DNA of 64,000 nt, from positions 639,411 to 703,410 of the forward strand of contig OZ287708.1 of NCBI GenBank assembly GCA_965649825.1, written 5' to 3'. A program made the position numbers and the translations under genes. Shown here piece after piece: positions 50,577 through 61,651 of the stretch. The notes beneath the pieces are model-generated. The model was not told where the DNA came from and searched no databases. It saw nothing but the letters and a program-made list of their open reading frames with translations. The stretch's first letter is position 1. The number at the start of each line of letters is the position of its first letter. This stretch comes from Penicillus capitatus (Eukaryota; Plantae; Chlorophyta).

Positions 50577-53500
50577 ATGCTCAACGTTTCGAGGGCGCAC
50601 ATCGAAGACGTCATTGCGCAGCTGGCGTCCCAGACGCTGTTAGATGTTGGTCGACCCGTCGATCTCACTCGGACCGATGGCGCCATCGATTATCTCTTGC
50701 TTACCGCGCCGAGTGGCAAAGCTGTCGTCTACGAAGTGGCAACCCCAAGGGATCTGCATCGGCTTTCTCTTGTTGAATTGGCGCTGACGACACGGTGAGG
50801 TTAGATGTTATGGTGGAGGTAGCAAAGAGACAGGATGTAGGGAAGCGGAGCGGGTTTATGTATTGCCAAAGGGGCTGCAAATCTATGATGCGCTGTTTGG
50901 ACTCGATTTCCAGACGCTCGCCGATCTTTCGTGCGAATCGCTTGAGACTCTCAAAGAAGACGCCCAACAGCAACGGACGTGCGAGGTGCACAATAATCTC
51001 ATCGTATGGCTGGAAAACAGTCAGATCGTGGTGGTGCACATTACGGGAACCTACTGTGCCCGATAACATCGATCACTCTCACACATTGTAACGACTGTCG
51101 ATGTGTGTGCAGTTGAGAAGGTATGCTGTTCCGTCATATCGAATTTTACAGAAACAGAAACGGTGAGAAAGTGTGACCAGGGAGATTGAAGCACCACATG
51201 TTCTGCTGTTATCTAGATGCGCGTTACAACGCTGTCCACAGTGGACGTGGATGTGGGTCCTCTGTGTCAATTGGTACTCAGTGGGCAAAACCTAGGCGTC
51301 GTACTTAAGAGTCACTGCCGTATGGTGGCTGCACGGTCTTCTCACACGATTCAGATATTTAAACTCGAAAACTCGCAACTAACACATATTGGCTATGTTC
51401 GACATCCTGGTGTTCGATTAACGGATATGCAGTTCTGCCCTTACTCTTACCCAGAGCTGACCTATTGTTGCTCCGATGGATCGATCCATGCTGTCCGACT
51501 AGACAAGACGTTTGAAAATCTGCCAATGCCACTCCACTCGACGGAATGGGCAGCACGTAGTGATCTGCTGGAGGACGAAGAGACAACAAAGTGTCTGTGC
51601 TGTTACGGGATGCATCCAAGACAAGTGCTGTTTTCCCTGAAGAACAGTCTTTCTTCTGTGCACGGAGGATCGGGTGCGTTGTTTCGCAGAGAGGGATATC
51701 CATCGTGACGTTGAGTGTATACACAGGCACTTCCATCGTGAGTGAGGTCTTGTTGGAGTATGATGAGAGTGAGAGTATTCAGAGTTTGCAGACAACACAG
51801 TCGGCTGTGGATGGATCTACCATGCACGATCCATTTCTTCTGGCCGTCATGACGAACAAACGCATCAGATTACACGACCTGCGCACACTTCCGGACATTC
51901 TGCTGTCCTGGGAACTCGTTTTTGATTGTCGACTACCGGACATCATGCATTTTACGCTCGAACCAGATATCTTTTCAGGCGGGAACGAAGAAGGAACGGA
52001 GATGCAGACCGGTCTCACGCATGTGCGTGTGGGTCGCATTGTTTATGGGAGCAGAACATCGGGGGACATGTATCAGACGTTCTTTCGAATTGGCGATCCT
52101 CAGATGGCGGTGCACATAACGCCCACCAAGACATCGCGCCGGCGATACCGAATTTCGTTTGAGAATCTGGACAAGGCAAAACGACAGTTACCTGTTGTCC
52201 ACACACGTTTTCGCCAGTATCTGGATATTCCCTATCTTCTCTGCAGCAGCCTTGCTGAACACGATGACGATATTCACAGCAGAGCTGTCCATCTCGCCAG
52301 AATTGCACGGCGGCGGCATGCATTGGATCCTCAACAGAAAAGACTGTTGCCTCTTGAAGAAATGCGCCAATGGAGAGAACTGTTGCAACATTCCGAAGAC
52401 ATCTGTGGATCTGGATGGATCTCACTGCCACACATCGATGGTTATATTCGCGGAGTGCTCATCCGGATGAACGCTGTCGGCGATCTCATTATTCAACCGA
52501 TGACAACGTGGTCACGCGAACGTCCTAGGAATGTTCGCCGCCACTCTGTTTCGCAATGGAAGGTGCTGCAAGAAGAGGATCTGGATTTGAGTGATGCATG
52601 TGACTGGAGAGGAGCCGATCGGCGAATTGACCTCTCCAAGTTCGATTTAGGCATCCACATTCCATCAAGGCGATGGGATGCCGTTGATCGGGAAGACGTC
52701 ACAGAAGCAGCAAAGTTTCGATGTGGAATTCCTTCATATCTGCTCAGCAGTCACATCAAGCATTCTATTGAATTATCGCATCCAGATGTTGTACCGAGAC
52801 GGAAGCAAAGTCTGCAGAGAATGGCAAGAGGGTCGCAGAAAAAGACGCCCTGTTTGCCAATGAATCTTCACCGAAAGCATTTGCAGAAATACGATTCCGC
52901 AAAACCGTTTCCGGTCTCAGACAGCAGCAAAGTGTTTTGGGCAGAAGCAGATCTTGCTGCCGTACTTGGCGGCGACACAGGGACAACGCTGTGGAGCTGT
53001 GTAGAGGATCTCAAGTGGAAAATCATGTCCAAGATGCAAGGAGGCGACACACGATCTCCCAAGAATCCCGAATCCAAAGGCGATTCAGAACGAGAAACAG
53101 AAATACAGGCAATTGCCATTAAACCGTGGAAATCCGATGCCAAAACCTTTCGACTTATTCAAAGAAAGTGCTGCAAGATGCCGGAGAAAAGAGTACGGGC
53201 TTTAGCATCTCTGATCAGCTCAAATCATCCTGTGTTTTCACCGTCAGACGAGCAGATGATGAAAGAGGTTCTTCAACAGCACGCAGCAACATCTGCTGGA
53301 ATTCGACAGACCCTTGTTAAATCAAGACCACCTTCGTACATCCCGATGGACAATCTGTGTGATGCGGAGAAGAAGGACAAGTGGGAATATGGAAGTGACG
53401 CATCCAATGGCGCAGATGTTGTTTTTCTCCCAGTGTGGACAGCGGAGAGGGGTGGAGTGGAGGCCAGAATCACATTTGAAGCTCCTTGCTACCAACCATT

Positions 53501-53627
53501 CATGGAATTCCCTCAGACAGAAGAGGGAGAGGCAGGCATCCAAGAGATGCTGAATCTGTGGCGAAACGAATGGCAAGAAGGGCACCAGGGAACGATGCAC
53601 GAGCACATCGAATCTGATGCATCATAA
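50577..53627 (+). CDS. TAF1C: RNA polymerase I TBP-associated factor TAF1C-like beta-propeller protein
   Basis: 678-aa terminal ORF plus upstream exons; VAARSSHTIQIF, DMQFCPYSYPELTYCCSDGSIH, CCYGMHPRQVL and RLHDLR...LLSWE are typical of the TAF1C propeller. Confidence 0.6.
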
Positions 53628-53925
53628 TCTTTAATAAAAGACACCGATATACCGTTCAAGGATTCATGACCGCACACAGAAGTGTCAAGCGAGCATTATT
53701 TTCCCATGTGTGCCGTGCAGACAAAGCAGGCAGATTTTTCCTGTGCCGTTGGATGTGACATCACAGATGAAGGTGACTTGATGTGACTGCAGAGGCCGTG
53801 GACCAGACATCTCTTCCGTCAGCATGCCAATTACAGATTAAGTGTGTCAAACAAATCAATGGTCAAACGCTTTTGTGGAGCTGTGCTCTTTTCAGCGGAA
53901 CGATGCGATTTCTCGCGAACATCTC

Positions 53926-54475
53926 TCAGTTTTTGTTCAGCATGCGAATGATCTACACACATCGCTCTTTTCTCAGAGAACCGCCGATACGTTGGCAACC
54001 TACTGCTTCATTCGGAAAGATGCCAATGTTATCTAGTCCCTTTTGAAAGGTCTAAAACACACAACGCATCTCGTTTCTGTGACAGCGGCCTTAAGGCGTG
54101 TTTCAGCAAATGGATGGCGTCACGATCATCACAGCGTCATCAGTCCGAACGCAAAGTCCGTCATCACGAACAGCACTGCCTCGTTGTCGCTTACTTTGCG
54201 AACAATGTGGTTGTAGTGCCTCTCTGCTGTCTGAGTTTCGGTTTGAGGATCGAGGTAGCCACTCGAACGGCGCGTCTTGGTGCACCTAGTTACGCAGAAA
54301 TGGTATTTTTGGACGAGGCGCCGACGCGGAGAGGACATTACATGAGGTCGGGGTCGGACACGAGGAGTCGTGATATGAATCCCGTAAAGCCAAGTGCCGC
54401 CGCAGAGGTAAAGAATAGAATAGGGTATGCCTCGGGAACGAGAAATCGTCTCAAGTTTGTCGTCACCGCGGCCAT
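53926..54475 (-). CDS. B12D: B12D / NDUFA4 (MLRQ)-family mitochondrial protein, 4 exons
   Basis: RFLVPEAYPILFFTSAAALGFTGFISRLLVSDPDLM|CTKTRRSSG...ERHYNHIVRK|TFQKGLDNIGIFPNEA|IIRMLNKN*; second intron 54052-54194 (143 nt). Confidence 0.78.
54096..54176 (-). ncRNA. Intronic box C/D snoRNA with two guides, predicted to target LSU rRNA
   Basis: Box C GTGATGA (54167-54161), D' CTGA (54143-54140), C' GTGATGA (54132-54126), D CTGA (54106-54103); terminal stem TGTT/AACA. The D guide CGCCATCCATTT is complementary to the conserved LSU AAAUGGAUGGCG. It lies inside an unusually long intron. Confidence 0.85.
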
Positions 54476-54672
54476 TTCTGTAGGATCGAGCGTCGAACCG
54501 AAAGAATAAGCGAATTGGCGAAGAATGAAAGCACGCACGTAGATCTCGAATTTATACAACGACGGAGAGGCAAATGATGAAGATCATGAAAGCGACGTCG
54601 CCGAGGGAAATAATGACAGAGATGGTTTTGACGAATTTTCTCGTTTCGCGGAAAGTGTCACCCTTTGTGACG

Positions 54673-55676
54673 ATGTCGAGCGCGATGATCGATTCTGTCA
54701 AGTGGCTGAATGGCTGGATTCAATTGTTGACCAGCGACCCCTATCGGTTTTCAGCGGTAGTGGTTGTGATATCACTCCTTTTCTGGACGGTCCAGCAACT
54801 CTACGATCGTTGCGTTGCCTCCTGTGTCGTCCTCGCCCGTTCACTTGTCGTATATGTTGCAGTGGGGTACGAGTGGTGGAATCGAAAAACAATTCTGATC
54901 GTTGGCCCTTCACGCTCCGGAAAGACCACACTGTTCTGCAAGGTCAACTATCGCAGACTCCTGTGCGCTCGCTCTACACATGACAACATCTATAGTTAAC
55001 GGGGAGAGATGTTGGCAACTTGACGCCGACACACGACCCACGGAAGGCACTTCGAAAAGTGAGATTGGCACCACATGTCGTCGCAGATGTGTGACGAGAT
55101 GCTGTAGGTCGGCAAGGGATGGATGTCTTATGTGACATTGGTAGATCTGCCTGGGAGTTCTTCTCTGTCGCGCCATACGGATATATGGATAAGGAAAGCC
55201 GATGCTGTGATCTTCGTCATCGACGGCGCTGCTTATCGAGAGACTGTCCATGATGCAGCAAAGTCTCTGGTCCTCTCTGTCGCTCTCTTGCTAAGCGCGT
55301 TTTGCAGGAAGCTGCACAAGATCACAGAGGATCCTGTTCTGCAGAGAACAAAACGTGCCCCGACACTCATTGCTGTCAATAAGAGTGACTTGGGCGCCAG
55401 AGTACACACAACGCGGTTCATCAAACACAACCTGCAGTGCGAGATGTGGGTCTCTCTGGTCGAGTCTTTGATGTTTGAATGTCTATCGAGACTGTGTGTA
55501 GTGATGACATTCGGATGCAGGAGAAACGCAATGGGTCAGGAGAGGGCTTTTCTTTTGATAAGGTCCCCGGTACGCTGGTTTTTGCATCCATGTCTTCTAA
55601 GCTTAATGCCTACAACCCCGTCATACAGTTTCTGGAAAAAGTGCACGAGGGACACCCGGCTGTGTGGAGGAGATGA
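54673..55676 (+). CDS. SRPRB: Signal recognition particle receptor beta subunit, multi-exon
   Basis: N-terminal TM helix; ILIVGPSRSGKTTLF; LVDLPGS...AVIFVIDG; LIAVNKSD; GEGFSFDK. Confidence 0.85.
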
Positions 55677-55743
55677 ACTGAACGAGTCATATAGGTGTTA
55701 GAATCGCATTACAGACAGAGATGATTGTGCCTGTGGATGTCTA

Positions 55744-57767
55744 TTATGTGAACGAATCTTGCTTGAGTGATTGCGTGTGTCTTGAATGTGTGACCCATTC
55801 CGTCACACTTCTTCCATCACACTTTTGCCATGGGACACTCAAGAATCCTGGCTGATCTGTAAAAACTCTCTGTGCTTTGGAAACCTCTGTCTGTAGCGAA
55901 TGCAATGCTTCATGTCCCTTGGATATAAATGCATCAATCTTATCCATAGCCTCCTGTGTCTCTTTCGTGTGATTCTCGTCCTTTTCTGCCAGTCTTAGAG
56001 TATGAGATACGAGAGAATGTATATCAGCGGATATTTCAGACTGCCGATGTAGGAGCAGCTCGCGAAGAGATGCATGAAAGAGCGTCGATTGGAGAGCTGC
56101 TGAAACGTGAGCGAAAAGCGCATCTGGAGCTTCGATCTTGAGCAGTGGAGCTGCTTGCTTCAACTCCGTCACCACCTGAAGCAGCATCACTTACAGATCT
56201 CGACTACCTTGACTCGAATACACACTTCTTTGAGAGAGGCCGTCGAATAGGGGATACTCTCTGTACTTCCCATCTCTGTCAAGACATTATCCCATCGCTG
56301 CAGAAGCGGAAGGTCTGGCGTATCGTGTGTGACATCCTGTTTGCGGAGACTGGCTTCCTTTCGTCTGCCGACGAGATCGACTTGTCGATACTTCTCGAGT
56401 TCTTTGCCCACTTCTTGTTGCAATTCCTTGAGGCTCTCCAGACATGTGGATACAACCGAAGGCAATGACTTCTCGAGTTTCGTTTTCACCACTTCGGCCG
56501 TTGCTTCGAAATCTTTCTGGAGCTGATGCAGCTGATCTCTGCCGTGTAGCAAAAGAAGATCCATTTGATGAGATTGTTCCACTTGATCCTGCACCTGTCG
56601 ATAGAGACCTTTCGCCTGTTTCTGTGCCTCTTCGCCTGACGAATATCCCTTTGCCATTTGCTCGATCTCTTTTTTGAGCACTTCGATCTCACTCTCGAGG
56701 CAGAGACCATCGAGTTGACTGTTGAAGCTCTCGCGGCATTCAGTCGCTTCTACAGCTGCTAGAAATTTCTGAACAGTTGACGATTGTTTCAAAGCTGCCA
56801 GTCGTCTCTCATTGGCATCTTCTATTCGATGCCGTTCTGCAAAGGACTTGAAACCGGCCATCAGCATTTCCTCGATCGCTTTTGTCTGAGGAGCATAGAC
56901 TGCTACACCCGTGTCTTCTGTCGTACAGCTAGCGCACTTTGCCTCGAATTGCGATGCTCCAAATAGGGCCTCCTCACCAGCGATTTTGAAGAATTGTGTT
57001 AGACGACGGCTGTGATGAGCATAGAGACAACCCATATCTGTCATGAGTTGACTGATGACAGGGTCCTTGACTTCTGGACAAGCTTCGATTCTGGGAAACA
57101 CCTCCTGTGCTGTCAGCATTACACCCATCGGACGCTTCCTCAGTTTTTGGCTCAGACCATCGCTCATGAAATCATACATTGTATACAGCACAGATTCAAA
57201 ATCTGCCATCCCGATCTCTTCCTCCTCCTGCATAGCTTTCCGCACCGATCCATTGTGCTTCGACAGAAAATGCATCTCCTTATCCATCGACTTGATCGCT
57301 TCTTCTGTTCGGCCAGTTACCGCGGCGAGAACTTTCGATCGTTGCACTCGACTCTCCATAACGGCTCTCTGTCTCGCAGTCTCGCTCTCCACTTTGCCCA
57401 AGTCATTAGCGAGTTGCGACACGTGTGATTTGAGTCTATCGATCTCGATCCCGTATTGCTCGGCCCTTTGTCTGAGCTTCTGAATGCGTTTGATCTGATT
57501 GCGGCGTTTCTCCATGTCCTCTTGCGTTCTTTGGCGCATCTCCAGCGTCGCCTGTCTTTGGAGTTTGATCTCGACTTTGTGTTTCATTTCTTTGACGACA
57601 TCTGGTGGACGGCACGCAACAAAAAGGGCATTCCACACGTCCATCATCTCGCCTCGGCACAGAGGCATGAGGCTCTCTTTCTTGAGGCCCTGACCTCGAT
57701 ATCCCATTTCTTTGAGCCAACGCGAAACATCTCTTTCCGTTCCACTGCTCGTAAACGCACGATACAT
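55744..57767 (-). CDS. HAUS5: HAUS augmin complex subunit 5
   Basis: RWLKEMGYR...LCRGEMMDVWNALF matches the HAUS5/AUG5 N-terminal WLxxEMGY...LCRGNMxxIW motif; long coiled coil; one intron near 56190. Confidence 0.78.
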
Positions 57768-57830
57768 TGGCGGACGTCACGATCGAACGAACAAACGAAC
57801 GCATTCTTGCGACAGACACCTAGAGATCGT

Positions 57831-59297
57831 TCAGTCCCCCAAGACGACAGGTGTTTCCTCGAAAAGCCGGACGCCAATTCGAACGTGTCGTGCATTTGCT
57901 TCGCTGTACTTGGCGGCAACGTCTTCATTCGGCATGAGAATATCGTCAGCGATTGGCACTCCTTGCTCCTGAACGTATGAGGCCACAGACTGATCTCCTG
58001 AGACGGCACCGGCTTGAAGAGCAGCACCCAGAGCAGCAGATTCGGGTTCCAAAGGAAACCGTAGAGGTACTTGGAAAGCATCGGCAATGATGCGTCTCCA
58101 TAAACGATTTTTGGATCCTCCTCCCACAACTCTGAGCTCCTTGATCGTCATACCCAGCGCTTCCATCCTCTTAGACCCGTTCAATACCGTGAATGTTGCC
58201 CCCTCTAGAGCAGCGCGATAGATCAATCCCGGACGCATTGTGCCAGGAGTGAGGCCGTATAGGACGCCTCTTGCATGCGGCCAATTTGGTGTCCTTTCTC
58301 CAGTGAGGTATGGCAGAAAGCTCACTCCTTGACACCCGATCGGTTCTTTTTCGGCGAGGGCAGTCAACTCCTCGTGGCTGAGGCTGAATCCTCGCTTCAC
58401 CTCTTCCACCACTCCAGTACAGCTGATAGTGCAGACCAGTGGCATCCATCGATCCGTGGCATCACAGAATTCACACACAACACCCGTCTTATCAAGAATG
58501 GGTTTCGCCGAGCAGCCAAACAGACAAGCAGAAGTGCCCAGAGAGAGAACGACAGTCCCATCTGTGACCGCACCGGCACCCAGGGCACTCATCATGTTAT
58601 CTCCTGAACCGGGCGAGACGATGACATCTGTCGACAGACCGAATGCCTCTGCCGCTGCAGGTGTCAACCTACCGATCACTGCATTTGAGTCGACAAGGGG
58701 AGGAATCTTGTCAGCCAAAGAGGGATCGACCAGATCGAGCACCTCCCGATCAAAACACTTTTTCAAAATGTCCAGACCTCCAACTCCACTGGCATCTCCA
58801 CACTCCATGCACATTCTCCCTGTGAGCCTGTAGTTGATATAATCATGTGGCAGTAACACATGTTTCAGTCGGGCGTAGTTCTCAGGCTCATTGTTCTTCA
58901 TCCACAGAATCTTCGTCAGTGTAATGGAAGGGACCATGACATGGCCGAGTTTCTCTGAGAGTTCTGCCGCTTCTTTGCTGCTCTCCACATCGCACCATAG
59001 TTTTGCAGGTCGAATGATTTCGTTTTCCTCATCGAGAGCCACGAGGCCATGCTGCTGTCCACTCACTCCAATGCCCCGAATGGCACTCCGATCTTCAATT
59101 TTCTCAAGAATACAATGCACTGTCTCCTGACATGCAGCAAACCATGTCTCCGGGTGTTGTTCTGCCCGTCCCGGGACATCGGTAGAGAGCAATCCGTAGC
59201 TAACAGAGGCACGTGCCACTACCACTCTGTTTTCGTCGTCATAGAGGATCGCTTTAGTGCCTTGTGTTCCAACATCTAACCCGATCAAGAGTGGCAT
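57831..59297 (-). CDS. xylB: Xylulokinase (FGGY family), bacterial type, intronless; alternative upstream ATG at 59351
   Basis: IGLDVGTQGTKA; GIGVSGQQHGLVALD...IRPAKLWCD; LLPHDYINYRLTG; GDNMMSALG; FLPYLTGERTP; VVGGGSK...WRRIIAD; ESAALGAALQA. Confidence 0.92.
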   Translation of the reverse strand: MPLLIGLDVGTQGTKAILYDDENRVVVARASVSYGLLSTDVPGRAEQHPETWFAACQETVHCILEKIEDRSAIRGIGVSGQQHGLVALDEENEIIRPAKLWCDVESSKEAAELSEKLGHVMVPSITLTKILWMKNNEPENYARLKHVLLPHDYINYRLTGRMCMECGDASGVGGLDILKKCFDREVLDLVDPSLADKIPPLVDSNAVIGRLTPAAAEAFGLSTDVIVSPGSGDNMMSALGAGAVTDGTVVLSLGTSACLFGCSAKPILDKTGVVCEFCDATDRWMPLVCTISCTGVVEEVKRGFSLSHEELTALAEKEPIGCQGVSFLPYLTGERTPNWPHARGVLYGLTPGTMRPGLIYRAALEGATFTVLNGSKRMEALGMTIKELRVVGGGSKNRLWRRIIADAFQVPLRFPLEPESAALGAALQAGAVSGDQSVASYVQEQGVPIADDILMPNEDVAAKYSEANARHVRIGVRLFEETPVVLGD

Positions 59298-59413
59298 GAT
59301 TTCAGGTCGTGCTTCGACGACGGTTGTTCGAAGAGGTTGATGCACGTCCATTTCGCGGTGGACTTCGCATTTTGGCGGTCATCTTGCTAGGCGGGTTCGA
59401 AGAGTGACAGAGG

Positions 59414-60244
59414 ATGGAGACAGCAGTAGCTAAGGCTCCATGGGACATCCTTGCGCTCGATATCATGACATCCATGCCCAAATCAGAGAATGGATATCGA
59501 GCAGTGCTCGTGGTCGTGGACACGGCGTCCCGTTGGTTGGAGTTGTTGCCCTTGCGTTCTGATGACCCTCTTGAAGCCGCCTTTGTTTTGGAACAAAGCG
59601 TGTTTCTGACATTTGGCCCATCCACGTCCGTTCTCTTGCCAAGCGAGAAGGCCGAATTCGAGAATCCTTTTCCAAAAATTCTGAAGAAATACGATGTGAA
59701 GCCAGGCAACCTCGACCACGCTAACCCTCAAGTGCGAACGATGGTGAGCCGTTGCCTCAAAGAAGCAAAGCGAGACCTAATTCTGATGAAACGTGAATAT
59801 CCGACTGTTCCGTGGGATCATTTGCTGAAACATGTGTCTTACAAACACCGCACACGTCGTCATGTCAGTATGACATCCACCCCTCAGAAACTTGTCTTGC
59901 CATTTACGCCTATCGAGAACACAGAGACGACGGTGGATGAAGTCATGGCCGATGACGAAGATTGTGTCGATCCGTCGGCATCCGTCTCTATTCGAGCACA
60001 ACGGGATCATCGATTGGCTTTAGAGCAGGAACGCCATTGGTTTAAGTCGAAGCTGGAGAGCTTTGGGGGATTGTCTTTGACACTGAAAGCAGAGGCCATG
60101 AAGTCCAAGATGCTGCTGGATCATTCCGCATCGGTGACGCTCGATGGGAAGTCTCTTACATCTCCATCAAAGGCAAAAGCCATGAGAAAGAAGACCAAAC
60201 ACTGCTGGAGAATTGCTTCCCTGGGCGGACGACCTGTTATGTGA
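59414..60244 (+). CDS. Retroelement integrase core (rve)-derived protein, catalytically degenerate, intronless; no flanking element
   Basis: PWDILALDIM...ENGYRAVLVVVDTASRWLELLPL...FG...NPQ...WDHLLKHVSYKHRTRRHVSMTSTPQKL follows the Ty3/Gypsy rve pattern. The second catalytic D and the E are not conserved. Confidence 0.78.
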   Translation: METAVAKAPWDILALDIMTSMPKSENGYRAVLVVVDTASRWLELLPLRSDDPLEAAFVLEQSVFLTFGPSTSVLLPSEKAEFENPFPKILKKYDVKPGNLDHANPQVRTMVSRCLKEAKRDLILMKREYPTVPWDHLLKHVSYKHRTRRHVSMTSTPQKLVLPFTPIENTETTVDEVMADDEDCVDPSASVSIRAQRDHRLALEQERHWFKSKLESFGGLSLTLKAEAMKSKMLLDHSASVTLDGKSLTSPSKAKAMRKKTKHCWRIASLGGRPVM

Positions 60245-60540
60245 ATAAAGAGATCAGCCAGTCGTATGAACTCGAGAGTCTTTGGATCTTTATGCATTGT
60301 GTTTCTGAGCAGCAGAAGTAGTCGCAGTAATAGTAGCCCCTTCTATTCGTGTGTTCATTTTTTGCTTGCCGTCGTCAGAATCTTCAGCCTTTCCTAACCT
60401 ACCGCTATTCATTCTTTCATCGGGAAAACAACAAGAAAAAATCAAGTCGAGAAGGGAGAGCCCTCAACCGAGCGGCTTCGTTTTCTATCGCTTATTCATA
60501 AAACACTCTGAGAGCGAAAACGGCAGAAATTGACGTATTG

Positions 60541-61335
60541 CTAGCTCTTCACTACTTTGCAGTTGTAGTAGCACCACCACCAAGGGACTGGCAGATAATA
60601 GGTCTTGTATCCAGACATTGGACATGCGTCCGAGTAACGCATGTAACAACTGCAATCGTATAGCGGACACGCAGGCCCATCTGGAATGCCTTCTCGAGCC
60701 GCATCTGTTGGTGATCCGTCTGCAGACGTCACCCGAAGTTTCTCTACGACGAACATCCCTTACGATTCTATCTTGTTATTTCGGGTCTATCTACCTTGCC
60801 AATTGGAATGCGCACAGATCCGATGTGGCGTCAAGTCTGGTTTCGTCGCATTGAGTTTGTAGAGAAAGGGTTCAAAGACGCTGCCGAGAATACGAATGGC
60901 GTCCGTTTCGTTGATGACGAATCCCGTCGGCGGCTCTGTGATAAACCGATAGCCAAAGCTGTGTTTCGGAACACCATATGCCTCCGCCTTCATGTGTCTC
61001 TTTTCAAACTCGGCGATATCCCACCCTAAAACGACAGCAATAAGCGCAGAGGTGATCGAAGACAAGAGAGTATCACCTGAACTCTCCTTAAGGTCAGATG
61101 GACATGCACCCTCGACTGCATTCACCCTGTGTTCGGAACACGCGGAATGGCGAGATACATCAGATGCTGACGTTGAGCGAGAGAGGCCGTTGCCGAGAAA
61201 GCGAAGAGCAGAAAGGCGACAAATGTGATGCCACGCGCCATTCTGACGTTGTCGACGACGCCAGAAAGGATCGTCAAACTTTGGAATCGAAGAGGTCAAT
61301 GACTGCGATCTTGTCTCATGCGAAGTACATGCCAC
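60541..61335 (-). CDS. Hypothetical protein with a Cys/Trp/Tyr-rich C-terminus
   Basis: ORFs 60787-61335 and 60541-60756 are joined by a short GT-AG intron (WQG|MFVVEKL). The sequence is complex and protein-like, but I did not recognise the family. Confidence 0.55.
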
Positions 61336-61651
61336 GTTGGCGTGTCTTCCACATGGCCATGACTTTCAAGACGCCATGTCAGTGACGATCATTAGCAGAA
61401 CCACGTATACCGCACCACTGTTTTTATACGAGTCGTATCGGGGAAAAGCGTTGAACGCAAATCGTCCTTTTTGGAAGCAAAGGTCGACGCTTGTGTATTT
61501 TAAAGAATCCTATAAGAAATGAAAGGACGAGTGTTGTCTCGGATGTATAGTCGAATCGCTTAGCAGAATGGTAGCAAGCGGGCGAAACCCGCTTCCGTTA
61601 GATCCTCCGTTCACAAAGGCAACACATTTCATCTGAATTCCGTCGCAGAGA

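Noticed and set aside
57831-60244. Bacterial contaminant or intact LTR retrotransposon
   Set aside because: The segment is contiguous (63 nt) with intron-containing HAUS5, and no RT, RNase H, gag, PBS or LTR is visible.
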